From: Selaginella moellendorffii
Lineage: Eukaryota; Plantae; Lycopodiophyta
DNA: 64,000 nucleotides
Assembly: GCF_000143415.4 (NCBI RefSeq)
Contig: NW_003314401.1
Coordinates: 62,001 to 126,000 of the forward strand
Direction: 5' to 3'
How positions within the stretch are numbered: position 1 is the first letter of the stretch; each line of letters starts with the position of its first letter. Under the pieces are notes generated by a model that saw only the letters and a program-made list of their open reading frames with translations, did no database searches and was not told where the DNA came from. Below are positions 46,576-57,968 of this stretch, in pieces. A program made the translations under genes and the position numbers.

Positions 46576-47748
46576 GATTTATGTCATATTGATCTCTTAC
46601 CTCACCTCTGCTGTGGTATGCTTGCCAGCACCATGCCTCACTGCTACACTGCTGCTTGTAACCAGCAACACCACCCAAATAGACCCAAGTGAAAGCCCTA
46701 TGGAATATTTGTGGATATGTAATCCTAATGTTACAAAAGGGATTTTAGCAAAAAATGCAAAAGAAATGCTAATGGTAGCATTTGCTTACTTTAGTGTTAA
46801 TTTCTGGTGTGAACAAGTTACCATTAAATTTAACTATTAAATTAGAATTTACAAAATCTAATATAATAGTATGGTGGTGTGAATGATTACCATTAAACAT
46901 ATTCATTTAATGGTGGGTGCGAAATCTCCTAAGACAACATCCCTTCTTGTAAATTTGGCCCAACTTATAGTACTCTTCCTTGAGTTTGTTATACTTATAG
47001 AAACTATAAGCAAGAGATGGATGGAGTCTTATTGAATAAATAAAAACTAGTATAAACCTTACTTTTATAGTGAATCTAGTCAAACTTCAAGTTAATCCAA
47101 ACTAATTTAGAAATGGATCTGTAAAAATCCTAAATACCTAACCAGAGCCAACTTCACACATAGTGCTCATGTTAACTTCTGCTACTAGCAATCCCGTGGC
47201 AATCTGGAACTATGCATGTGCATGATATGTGTTCAAATATCGGGAATAGAGATTTTAGGTTAAGTTTTTGTAAGCAATGATACTACAAAGAGATAACAAA
47301 TATGTGAATATTTGTATATAGAGACCTTCTAAATCTATTAATATTTATATGTTTTTAAAGGTTAAATGAATAATAATAATAATTTTTTTGATTAGTAATG
47401 CTAAAGGTGAAATTTAATATCCTGCTAAAAGATAAGTAGAAAAAATATGGAAGTCGTGATGCAATTAAGTACTTACTAGTGTTAACTACTAACCTGTAGC
47501 TAGGTGATTAAAAATGTTTAGTATATTCTATCCCCCAACTTCCATTCTTGATTAATGAAAACATCTTTATATTTGGAAAGAAATCCATGAGGTTGTGGTT
47601 AATTAAGTAGGTGTGTTCCTTCAATCTAGGTTCCTCCAACTCAAGTTCCTCTGAGCCAGCCTCCCCTAATGACTGCTTCTATTCATTTTCTTTGTAACTA
47701 AGGTTTAATTTTTTAATATAAAGTATATTTAAAATTTTGATGAGAAGT

Positions 47749-47990
47749 TATAAGCAACAGTCACAGGTGGCTGAATCTTTTACACTTCCACCATGTCCAC
47801 TTGTCTCAATGTTAGAGGAGTTTTTGCATTCCACAAATCCAATGAGCTAAGAATGCACAAAAGGTCCAGATGTGATATTTCAGTACAAATCGGATTTGAT
47901 CAACACACATACGGTTTTTGGGATCACTAGTTATGGCCACTGGAGCTAGCAAAGTTGATGCCAAAATCGAATGATCTGTGCAAAGTTTCT
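47749..47990 (-). pseudogene. Possible decayed small Cys-rich (defensin-like) secreted peptide
   Basis: ILASTLLAPVAITS-DPKNRMCV...FC...IC then, after a frameshift, ECKN...G...ATCDCCL-stop. Confidence 0.3.
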
Positions 47991-48259
47991 TTTAGCTTTA
48001 TTTTATATCATAAATTGACTAGTACTAAATATAAAGATTATATTTCTCTCCCTACAGAATTAAATAATAGAAAGTTTTATCAACTTCCAATGAAATTATA
48101 TGAGGAGTTGGTAAAGCCCAAATTGGACTGATAGTTATAGAAACTAACATAATTTTCAGTGATTGAGAAATATATAATAACCCAAAGAAATTGTGCTATT
48201 AAAACTATCACTACTCAAATGTTTTATTAGAGTTTGAAAAATATTTATATTATAAAGAT

Positions 48260-49096
48260 TCACAAAATGTCCCAGTCTTCCACTAATATATGATATTGGA
48301 TTAGTACTATTGTTTTTTGATAATTTACATATAAAATTAAATCACAATCATCTTCCATAACCAAATGCATATTAATGTAACAATAAAGTTTTCTACAATT
48401 TGTTTTATTACCAGAATACAATACTAAATTTCCATCCTCTTGCAATCTTAAGACGCAATTAAATCCTTTTTTTGATGTTTTTACTGACCATAATATCCTA
48501 TTTTTACTATATAATATCAGCTCACAAAAATGTTTAAATATAAATGTGCTTTATAGTTGAAGGAAATTAAGAAATATGTCTCTGATAGATATTGATGTGG
48601 CATGTTAAAATATCCACCTATTAATATACTTGGAAAAAAATTACATTTCCTTGAGGTCTTTGTGAACAATAATTTCTAATCATATATTGAAAAGCATAAT
48701 GTTCAGCAATTACAGTGAGATATGAAGCACCAAACTCCATAATATCATCATAAGCATCTGTTAAAAGTATAACTAACTCACCCCTAATAACAGATCCTTG
48801 TTCTGTGCCCTCTCCAGCATTTACAGCACACCGTGCAAAAGAACTTTCAGTTAGACTGTAAACCCAAGTAGTAATAGCAATTATCATTCTTGTTCCATCA
48901 CTATGCAGTATATCAAGAGTACCATCTTGTCTTTGGCCCTTGGAATTAAACCATTAGGAATATGTGCAATCATAACACTGATGGCATTTAAAATTGCATG
49001 AGTTGTATCTCTATCTAAGATATCTAAATCACCAGCATCAATAGTAAAAGGATATACTCTTGAGAGAAAAATAAGCATAATAAGAAAATAAGACAT
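48260..49096 (-). pseudogene. Decayed copy B: signal peptide + unknown domain + bulb-type (GNA-like) B-lectin domain
   Basis: Three lectin subdomain-like motifs KHFCELILY, LQEDGNLVLY, MEDDCDLILY with ILWS; frameshifts at about 48938, 48635 and 48535. Confidence 0.72.
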
Positions 49097-49250
49097 AATA
49101 GTTTCATGCTGCTCTACTACAGAAACTTTTGTATTTATCTGTCTTAGTAAAGCGAAAACAAAAAATACACTCATTAAAGGAGGTGATAAATTTTTTTTTC
49201 CAACTGGCTTATGTTGACTGAACCTCCGAACATAGTTTCTTGACCAAAAA

Positions 49251-51263
49251 TCACAGGTTTGTTCTCCACTTTTGAAATGTAGCCACAATCCTGGAATCTG
49301 AGAAAGCATCCCTCCTTGTAAACCTCCAGCTCGTCTTGCAGTACTCTTCCTTGAGTCTCTTACACTCCCAGAAACCATCCACATCCTTTGTGTACTTCTT
49401 CATCTCCCCCAGCGAATCAAACGCGTGGCAGAAGCCAAATCGAGCTGCCTTGCCGAGCCATTCCTCGGACCGCATAATCTCCCCGATGAGCCACATTGCT
49501 CTCGGATCGTCGGCATCGGCCGCCACCTTGAAGCATTCCAACGCCTGGTGCACATCCTGCTCTTGGAGCGCCAGCATTCCACTCACAAGCATTTCAGCCG
49601 CAAGCTCGGCTTTCCTTCCCCACACCTCGGCCTTGACGACGTCGCCACCCTCGAGAAACATGACACTGATGTCAACCATAGCATCGCTTCCACCCTCGTA
49701 CTTTGCTGCCGCGACGTAGCATTCCATGGCAGCCTCGAGCTTGCCTTGACGCCTGTACAGTCCGGCCAAGAACCGAAGCCCGTCAACGCTTTTCACGTAC
49801 CTCTTCCAGAAACGCTGCATGAGCTCGTCCGCGGCCGGGCTGGGCATGTAGCGGCTCGCCTCCAGCACCAGCTCGATCGATCGCAGCCTTGTGAAATCGA
49901 TGGAATTCAGAACGTCCACCTCATCCAGCCCCGCGGCAAGGAGAGAGAAGGAGAGCTTGTCCTGGACCACCTTGTGGCGAACCAGCTCAATCCAGACGCT
50001 GTTTGCGGTCTCGAACTCGTAGCAGTAGTCCATGCAAGTGAGCCACGAGGCTTTTGCGTAGGGGTCCGTCTCATTCACCAAGTTGAAGAAAGCCAAGCCC
50101 ATGTCCTTGCCCGCTCTCTGGAACCACATCTCCGCGCGGTCCATCTTGTTGCAAAGGCAGCACAGAGCTCCAGACAGTAGGCACTCGTCGGCCTCGATGA
50201 AGTCCAGGTATGCGTGTAAGCTCCACAGAGCTCGCCCCAGTTTGTTGCCACTCTCCGCGCTCCGCTTGGCCAGCTTCCGGAGCTGCTTGGGAAGCTCCTC
50301 CGAGTGCCGAGCGAGCAGCTTCTTCTCATTGTCGTTCAAGAGCACGGAGTAGAGTGGCGCGAGAGCCTGTGAGACGCCATACCCGGTGCTGGCCAGGCTC
50401 ACAAAATACGCGAGCTCGTTGAACTGCATGTCCGGGTAGCTCCCCAGTACCGGCCTGCTGGCGAAAGCCCGAGAGACGAACACCTGAGCAAATGGATTCC
50501 CCTCGTTGGCCAAGGCAAGCATGCATCCCCTGGCCACGGCTTGCCCCCTCTCCACCTTGATCCTGGCAATGAAGTACGTCGCTAGAGCCCTGAGCCTGCG
50601 ATCGCAGTCCAAGCTCATGGAGAGCGCCAACTCGAAATGCTGCTCCGCCACCTCCGGGTTTGCCTCGCATCCCAGTCCCTCGAGGAGAACCACGCCAAGG
50701 AAGAGTTGCTTCACCGAAGAGTGCTGGAGCTGGGAGATGAGCGCCAAGATGTCGCCGGTCGACTCGCCGCTGAGCAGCATCCCATACAAGCGCTTGCGGA
50801 CTTTAGTCAAGGCGGGATTCTCACCTTTGACGAACGCTGACCAGAGGTAAGCCACGTTCAACGCGTCGGCCTCGTCGTCCAAGTCTCCCGGAGCCTCGCA
50901 ACAGTAGACGCTCCCTGTCTGGTAATCGTACTCGATCTGGTCGATTCCGTGATAGCAGAGCAACCCGAGGCGTGCATTCAAGTCCTTGAGGATTTCTTCC
51001 TTGTTGAGGATTTCTCCCTTCTCGGGCGCCACTTCTGCGACCGCCAGGCTCGCTCGGAGCCCAAAGTCGAGCACCACCTGGCCAGGGCCGATGGAGCCCA
51101 GCGGCACGGTCTTCTTGAGCGAGCGGGCAACATCGTAGACAATTCGCCGGCGAAGGTGGCTGGTTAGCGTAGGGAAGTCCGCGCCCTCCAGCAAATCGAT
51201 AAGCCGGGCGTTGGAGGAGTCACCTACCTCAGCGCCCTCAATCTTCTCGGCCTCGCCCCCCAT
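49251..51263 (-). CDS. Sel1-like/TPR helical-repeat protein with an N-terminal kinase-like remnant, single exon
   Basis: LGVVLLEGLGCEANPEVAEQHFELA, AEMWFQRA, AMECYVAAA, ALECFKVAADADDPRAMWLIG, WLGKAARFG. Confidence 0.78.
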   Translation of the reverse strand: MGGEAEKIEGAEVGDSSNARLIDLLEGADFPTLTSHLRRRIVYDVARSLKKTVPLGSIGPGQVVLDFGLRASLAVAEVAPEKGEILNKEEILKDLNARLGLLCYHGIDQIEYDYQTGSVYCCEAPGDLDDEADALNVAYLWSAFVKGENPALTKVRKRLYGMLLSGESTGDILALISQLQHSSVKQLFLGVVLLEGLGCEANPEVAEQHFELALSMSLDCDRRLRALATYFIARIKVERGQAVARGCMLALANEGNPFAQVFVSRAFASRPVLGSYPDMQFNELAYFVSLASTGYGVSQALAPLYSVLLNDNEKKLLARHSEELPKQLRKLAKRSAESGNKLGRALWSLHAYLDFIEADECLLSGALCCLCNKMDRAEMWFQRAGKDMGLAFFNLVNETDPYAKASWLTCMDYCYEFETANSVWIELVRHKVVQDKLSFSLLAAGLDEVDVLNSIDFTRLRSIELVLEASRYMPSPAADELMQRFWKRYVKSVDGLRFLAGLYRRQGKLEAAMECYVAAAKYEGGSDAMVDISVMFLEGGDVVKAEVWGRKAELAAEMLVSGMLALQEQDVHQALECFKVAADADDPRAMWLIGEIMRSEEWLGKAARFGFCHAFDSLGEMKKYTKDVDGFWECKRLKEEYCKTSWRFTRRDAFSDSRIVATFQKWRTNL

Positions 51264-51804
51264 CGCACGCCAACGCCACGCCTCGAGCTCTCGAGCGCTG
51301 ATTTGGACTCTTATTGCGAGAGCTCCGTGTTTACCGAAGTTGCCGTGTGCTCACTGCCGGGCTTCCACGATCCAGCCGTCGCCGGACTTCTTGCAAGGGC
51401 TTCGACTTCCACGCACAAGCCAACAGTCGTCAGCGCGACCACTGTAGGGAGGAATTTGTACGAGCTTGACCCAATCGCGACGACGGCTTTCTCTCGCAGC
51501 CGATCCACCGGTGGTCTGGCTCCCACCATGCAGAAGGTAGCTCCTGACCATGCCAGGACGTTCCAGCTCGTGCAACTCAACCGTGTGACTCTCCGGGAAG
51601 CTCCGCCATACGTAGTCGAGAGTCGAGAGTCCACACTCTTACGTGACGACCACGGATAACGCATTTCCTCGCCAGATTTGTGCTCAGCCCTTCTGCTCAC
51701 GGGCAGGCGGTCCAGCAATCCAGGCGGCCCTCATCCTCTCTCGCGATCTATCCAAAACTCTGCTCTTGGCCTAGAAAGAATGTAGCTACTTACTATTTGT
51801 ATGG

Positions 51805-53421
51805 ATGGGAATGGAGAATTCGTCTAGCCGGAGCAAACTCCTCGCGCTTCTCAAGACGTGCGGCGATGCCAAGGATCTGTGCATGGGCAGGCAGCTCCAC
51901 GCCACCATCGCGCAAGGCGTGGTGGCGGAGGACACCTTTGTGGCAAATCTGCTGGTGCAAATGTATGGCAAGTGCGGGGACGTGGTGACTGCCCAACGCG
52001 TGTTTGACGTGATGCTCTCACCCAATGTTTTCTCATGGACGATGCTCATCACCGTCTACGCCCACAACGGCGACCTCGAGGCCGCCAAGCACGTCTTCGA
52101 CATCATGCCCAATAGGAACATCGTCGCCTGGAACACAATGGTGACAGCATATGCCCAGAACGGGCATCTGCTAGAAGCGAGGCTGGTGTTCGATCGAATG
52201 CCCAGATGGGATGTGGTCTCCTGGACGGCGATCCTCATCGCAAATGCCCTTCACGGTTTCCTCGACAGAGCTACCGGCGCGTTCAACTCCATGCCGGAGA
52301 AGAACCTCGTCTCTTGGACGGCGATGCTCTCTGGATATGCCCACCACGGGCATCTGGACGATGCCAAGCGGATCTTCGACGCAATGCCCGAGCGAAACCT
52401 CGTGTCCTGGAACACAATGTTGCAAGCTTTCGCCGAGTCCGGGCAATTGGAAGTGGCAAACTCGGTGTTTAAGTCCATGCCCGCATGGAACGTCCCGTCG
52501 TGGACGTGCATGCTAACAGCATATGCCCAAGCGGGGCGTATGGAAAAGTGTCGAGGCTTGTTCGAGTGTATGCCCGAGAGAGATCTCGTCTCGTGGACTG
52601 CGGTGGTGCAAGGTCACTCGGACAATGGCGACGTCGAGGGCGCAAAGTGTCTCTTCGATGCGATGCCCGGGAGAGACATCGTCTCCTGGAACGCGATGCT
52701 CCTTGCCTATGCCCAGGTTGGTCACGTCGAGCTCGCAGCTGGATTGTTTCACGCAATGCCCGAGTGGAGCTCCGTGTCGTGGGTGTCGATGCTCGAGGCT
52801 TTCAGGCAGGCGGGCGATCTCGAGAGAGCTCGCTCGTTCTTCTCCGCCATCTGCAATGGAGATGTTATCGTCTGGACTGCCATGATCGCAACGTACACTC
52901 AGATCGGAAGTGTGCATGGAGCGAAGGCCACTTTCGACTCCATGCCCGGGAGGCAAGACGACGTCGTTGCTTGGACTTCCATGGTTGCCTCGTACGCTCA
53001 CTTCGGCCTGAAGCACCAGTGCGAGGCCTTGTTTCGGGAGATGATTGCTCTCGGAATGACCCCGGACGGTGTCGTGTTCATGAGCCTGCTCGTCGGATGT
53101 AGTCACGGTGGCTTGACGGAGCAGGCGTGGGGCTGCTTTCGAACCATGGAGCACGACTACGGCGTGGTGCCACGGAAGGAGCACTACTGCTGCTTGGTTG
53201 ATATCCTGGGTCGATCTGGGAGGCTCAAGGAAGCCGAGGAGCTCACGGACACCATGCCTTTCCTGCCGTCTGGGATCGAGTGGGGAAGCCTGCTCGGGAG
53301 TTGTCAGCTCCATCGGAATTTCTTCCAGGGAGCTCGCGCTGGCGACCGGCTCAGTTCCTTTTTGAAGCAGCCCCGCGGGAGCTCACCGTCTCTTGAGGTT
53401 CTCACGGGTGCTGCTGCTTAA
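51805..53421 (+). CDS. PLS-class PPR protein with partial E domain, no DYW
   Basis: 31-aa motif array; EHYCCLVDILGRSGRL, MPFLPSGIEWGSLLGSC. Confidence 0.92.
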   Translation: MGMENSSSRSKLLALLKTCGDAKDLCMGRQLHATIAQGVVAEDTFVANLLVQMYGKCGDVVTAQRVFDVMLSPNVFSWTMLITVYAHNGDLEAAKHVFDIMPNRNIVAWNTMVTAYAQNGHLLEARLVFDRMPRWDVVSWTAILIANALHGFLDRATGAFNSMPEKNLVSWTAMLSGYAHHGHLDDAKRIFDAMPERNLVSWNTMLQAFAESGQLEVANSVFKSMPAWNVPSWTCMLTAYAQAGRMEKCRGLFECMPERDLVSWTAVVQGHSDNGDVEGAKCLFDAMPGRDIVSWNAMLLAYAQVGHVELAAGLFHAMPEWSSVSWVSMLEAFRQAGDLERARSFFSAICNGDVIVWTAMIATYTQIGSVHGAKATFDSMPGRQDDVVAWTSMVASYAHFGLKHQCEALFREMIALGMTPDGVVFMSLLVGCSHGGLTEQAWGCFRTMEHDYGVVPRKEHYCCLVDILGRSGRLKEAEELTDTMPFLPSGIEWGSLLGSCQLHRNFFQGARAGDRLSSFLKQPRGSSPSLEVLTGAAA

Positions 53422-53434
53422 GCTGCTCCGGGAC

Positions 53435-56400
53435 TCACGTCGGGTTCTTCGAGGTGTTGGAGGTTCTTATGATGCTGTACTGCTGATGAACTCTCACTCG
53501 GTTGTCTTGCCACCATTGCTCGGCTTCCTTCTCGCTGAAGCGCCTACGACTGGCAGTCGACATGAACACAGACTCAGTCTTCACCTTTGTATAAAAGATT
53601 GTATGTATACCTGAATCTCACGCGCTTCAAATCCCTTCCACCGCCGGGAGCTAAGGCCAAGGTTATGTAAACTCCTGCCTGGTCTTGCTCCACCCATTCT
53701 TCGGGACCAGAACCAAGAACAAGTTTGTCTACCGTTGTATCCGTGGCGCTGTTGGAAGACGTCGGACTCGTCTGGAGTCTCAAGTCGATCTCTGCTTCTG
53801 GTGCTGGGAAGTGCCGACCATTTGGCACTTCTTGTCTTTGCTGCTGCCGACGTGCGCTTGGCATTCGCTCTGCAAGCTCCTTGAGCTGCAAATGTGCGTC
53901 AGGAGAAGCTTGCCCGAGTGTGCACAAGTTACAAACGTACCTCAACTGTGAGAGACTTGATAACCTCTTTAGCTGCTCTGCATTTGGCAGTTTCTTCTCC
54001 AGCAAGAAGCACAGCTTCTTGCACCTTTTGAGCACCTCGTCGCAGCTCCCTTTCACGTTGTTCATATTTACTCGTCAGCGTGCTAATCTGCTCGGGAGAG
54101 AGAATTAAGTTATGATTAGAAGCAAGAAAACAAAAAGCAAACGTGTACCACGCCCGCACCTGCGTCTTCAAATGTAGAACCTCTTGCCGTGACAGCTCGA
54201 GTTTCTTCTGGAGCTCGTCAGGTCCATTTCCAGGGGGAGCAAGGCCAGCGGATGTGGGAGTTGGAGTAGCCGACCTGGGAGGACTGGGCTTGGCTGAAAC
54301 AGCCTTACGTTCTGGAATTGCTGTGGGAATGTTGATGACTGTCTGGTGTTTAGCGGCAAAGTCGTCTGTGTTCCTGCTGTTACCGTAGTATCCAACTTGT
54401 TTCATCTCTATCGGTTTCGAGGCTCTGATAAGCGGCCTCTCCCTGCCATCCATGTACTTGCGGCTCTTTCTGGCGACCTCTTCGCTGGCACTTCTCTCCA
54501 GCTTAGCGAGGCACGGTTCACAGACACGGTATGCCTTGGACGGGTTGGGAGCCAGCGATGCTCTGAAGGCCTTTTTAGAACTGCAGGAATGGCAGTAGGC
54601 CAGACCGCAGTTGTAACAGTTGTGACGTTTCCTGGTGAAGCCAAACGCCTGCTTGCAACCAGAACACACGGACTGATCGGCATCCGAGACTGGCTTGTGC
54701 AAGCAGATGACTGCTGTGAAGCTCGATCCACACGCAACAGTTTTCACTTGCTTGTCTCGCAGAGCCTCCACCAGTGTCGGCGCGGTCCTGTCCTCAACGT
54801 CACCGTGTCCCAGCCTTCCATTCGCTCCTTTTCCCCATGTGTAGATTTCCGTCTTTGATGACAATGCAGCTACGTGATGAGCACCACAGCCAATCTCTTC
54901 AACGAACGTTCTTGCGAGTTCGCCATCCACCATCCCTGGCACCTTCCCGTCGGCTTTGGGATTTCCTAGCTGCCCATAAATGGTACTTCCCATAGTAAAA
55001 ACTCGCCCAGACGTTGTTAGTGCCACCGTAAGGCTGTGCCCGCAAGCAACCTGCCGGAAGTTGTAGTCGACGAGAGCAGCCACGCAAGTTGGAACGAGCT
55101 TTTGCTCTTTGTCCCCGTGCCCCAGCCGATACTTGTCACCATCGCCCCAGGTGAAGAGTTTTCCCGACGAGCATGAAGTAGCACTCGAGTAGCCAACGAT
55201 AACTTCCACCACGGCTGCCGTGTGCCATATGCCGCAAGCAGCTCTCACGGTCTTCAAGCCTTTGAGGGACTCGACCTCCTTCGGTATAGCCAGATTTCTC
55301 TTGTCTCCGTGACCAAGCACTCCAAAAGTTCCATCTCCAAACGTGAAAAGCTGGCCCGCAGAAGAAACCAGAGCAGTGTGCCAGGCTCCGCATGCGATGG
55401 AAGATATACGGACTCCTTCCAGCGGAGAGCTCATCCGCTTCGGCATCCAGTGACTTACTGGATTGCTGTGTCCTACAAGTCCTCCACTCTGTGCATCAGC
55501 CCCCCAGGTGTAGAGTTCCCCCGAGAGTGTTACGGCGCACGTATGAAAGTCGCCACAGGCGACAAGCTCGGTGTTGACACCCGCTAAAGCCTGCACGAGT
55601 TGAGGCTCTGAAACATCTACGTCGATGCCGTGCCCGAGCCTGCCTCCATACTCTTCACCCCAGCAGAACACATCCCCTTGCTTGGTGACTAGAGCAGCAT
55701 GTCTGCTGCCGCAGGCTATACTGCTTACATCCAGCACCACAGCCGCCTGGAGGGCCTTTGGAACGAGCGAATCTACTCTGCTCCCTGCACCAGACGTAAG
55801 CTTGCAAACGCCACCACCTAAGAAGCCTTCTCCGGCACCTTCACCCCAGATGAAAACATCGCCTAAAGCATCACTGTCTTCTGGACCCGAGCCTTGGCTG
55901 GAAGAGCTTACGGCGCTTGACATGCTTACTCGAAACGCATCCGCCAGTGAGACACTTCTGCCCTGTGCATTCAAGCTTTCCTCGGACGCCAGTGAGTCTG
56001 ATTTGGCTGACTCCACTGACTGAAGCTCTCCAGTTGATGCTGTCTTGAACAAGCTCGGGCTTCCATATGGACTGCGATTGAAGCTATCCTGCAAGAAAGA
56101 GGGAGCAGATCAACTCGGGTAGAAAGAACGAGCTCGCAACGTTCAAACTTACATATGAGTTTAGCGGAGAATCTCTTAGTGCTCGGCCTAGGGGACTGTT
56201 CACGTCTGATAGGGTGCCTTCGCTTTTATTGTCCACCTTTAGAGTGCGATTACTGGAGACACGGGCCTTGAGGCCCACGAACCAGACCTCGGCCTCATCC
56301 TTGTCCTTGCAAATCTGAAACAATATGTTAAAACCAGTCACTTCAAAGCAATTCACTCATCAAAGCATCTACCAGATCGAGCGATCTCTCCTCGCCACCA

Positions 56401-56934
56401 CTACCGTAAATCAGAGAAAAAGACTGGTACTCCTTCTCGGGTCGAGGATATCTCTGAAAGTTGGCCTGTACGAGAAGACAATGCATTAAGTTGTAGGTTG
56501 TGGAAAGATGCAATGTCCACTCACAGTTCTCTGGCCGGGAATGATTTTTGTGACCGCATCCAGCCTGAGCTGCCTCTCCTTTCGTCCCGAGAACCAGATG
56601 AGAGTGGTTTCGTCCTGGAGAAGAGAGAAGCCAAGCCTGAGGAAGCGAAACAAAGCAAGAAAAAACGGAAGAAAACCACTTACATTGGAGAGCCGGAAGG
56701 GAGCAAACTTTGGCCGGCCTCGACGCCCATACTTGAGAAGCTGAGACCCCTTCTTCAGTGCAATAATAGCCTGCTCGAGCAGCGACAAAGAAAAAAGGAA
56801 GCGTCATTGATGGAGCGATGGCAAGCTCTAGTCGAGAAAAATTCGTGGTTGCATTTGAAACGAGAATTGAATGCTTTTTATACCTGCTCGACGTCCCTGT
56901 CCAGGCTCGCAGCTCCACAACGTGCCAATTCCAT
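53435..56934 (-). CDS. PRAF/RLD family protein (PH, RCC1 repeats, FYVE, BRX), multi-exon
   Basis: MELARCGAASLDRDVEQ/AIIALKKGSQLLKYGRRG; RCC1 ACGxxHT repeats; FYVE RKRHNCYNCG; BRX EWVEQDQAGVYITL...LKRVRFSRRRF...WWQDN. Confidence 0.95.
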
Positions 56935-57968
56935 TCAGCCTCCGAGTGGAATACCATGACCGATGCCGCCCGACACCTTCTCGATCGATCCTCTTTCCTA
57001 CCAGGCGAGGAGCTCCGGGCAACACAAATCCCGCTGGCGACACAAGAATCGCCGGGCGAACCGTGCGAGAAATCTCCCCCAAAAATCCGCGCACAGTGCC
57101 GCCATGGGAATTCAAGACCTAGCGGCAGCGCGAGCATCCAGCTCCAATCACGCACCCCAGCGCTCCAGAAATCTCCCAGGAGTCAAAGAATGCGCGCCTT
57201 GCGCTTTCTTTCTTTCTTTCTTTCTTCTCTCTCTCTCTCTCTCTCGGTCGCCCATGTCAAAAAGAAAAAAAGCAAAAGAGCCCTCGGGTACAAGCGCGAT
57301 CCTGACCGTCCAACCGCATCAGCTTATCTCTCTACTATATGGAGTACGTATACAAATACGAATGGGGCTGGCCAATCAGGGCATGCCCAGCCATGCATGC
57401 ATCGCATCATTGATTGGCGCGATACTTTTTAGACCGCACTCCCATGTCCCAAGATATGAATATATATAAAAACTATAGTGTATAAATGGAAATGAAAATG
57501 GAAGAACCTTTGAGGCAATGAGAAAAGCCCATCATAGAAACGACGATCCAGATGCATCCAATCAATCCAACCCCACAAAAGCATATAGCCATAGCCCTGT
57601 ACTTGGAGGGCATCATTTTTGTCACTCCACATTTCGATTGTTCTATTCCCTTCCATTTTGAAGATGAAGATCTCCCTTGACAAGATAAAGTTCGTTTGCA
57701 AGAATGAAATAAAGCTCGAACGATCATTAGCTTTGGCTAGTGCAATTTCTCAGCCTGGGCATTTGCTGCGAATTCTTTCATGGCCGAGCATCTTTAGACG
57801 ACAGCATTTTTATCACACCAAATCCAATTGTTCCATTTCCTCTCTTTGAGAAGGCAAGCTTCGCCAAAATTAAGAAAGAACGATCACTAGCTTAATGGAA
57901 ACATGGCCTCCTGCAGTTAACCAGCCTAGGCATTTGCTGCCGAGTCTTTCATGGCCGAGGATCTCTCG

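Larger units (their letters stand above)
45540..49330. other. AT-rich, strongly CpG-depleted island containing decayed genes
   Basis: Abrupt compositional shift from the GC-balanced flanks; CG dinucleotides are rare. Confidence 0.75.

Noticed and set aside
51300-51720. Overlapping short ORFs between the Sel1-like and PPR genes
   Set aside because: GC-rich divergent promoter region with no identifiable product
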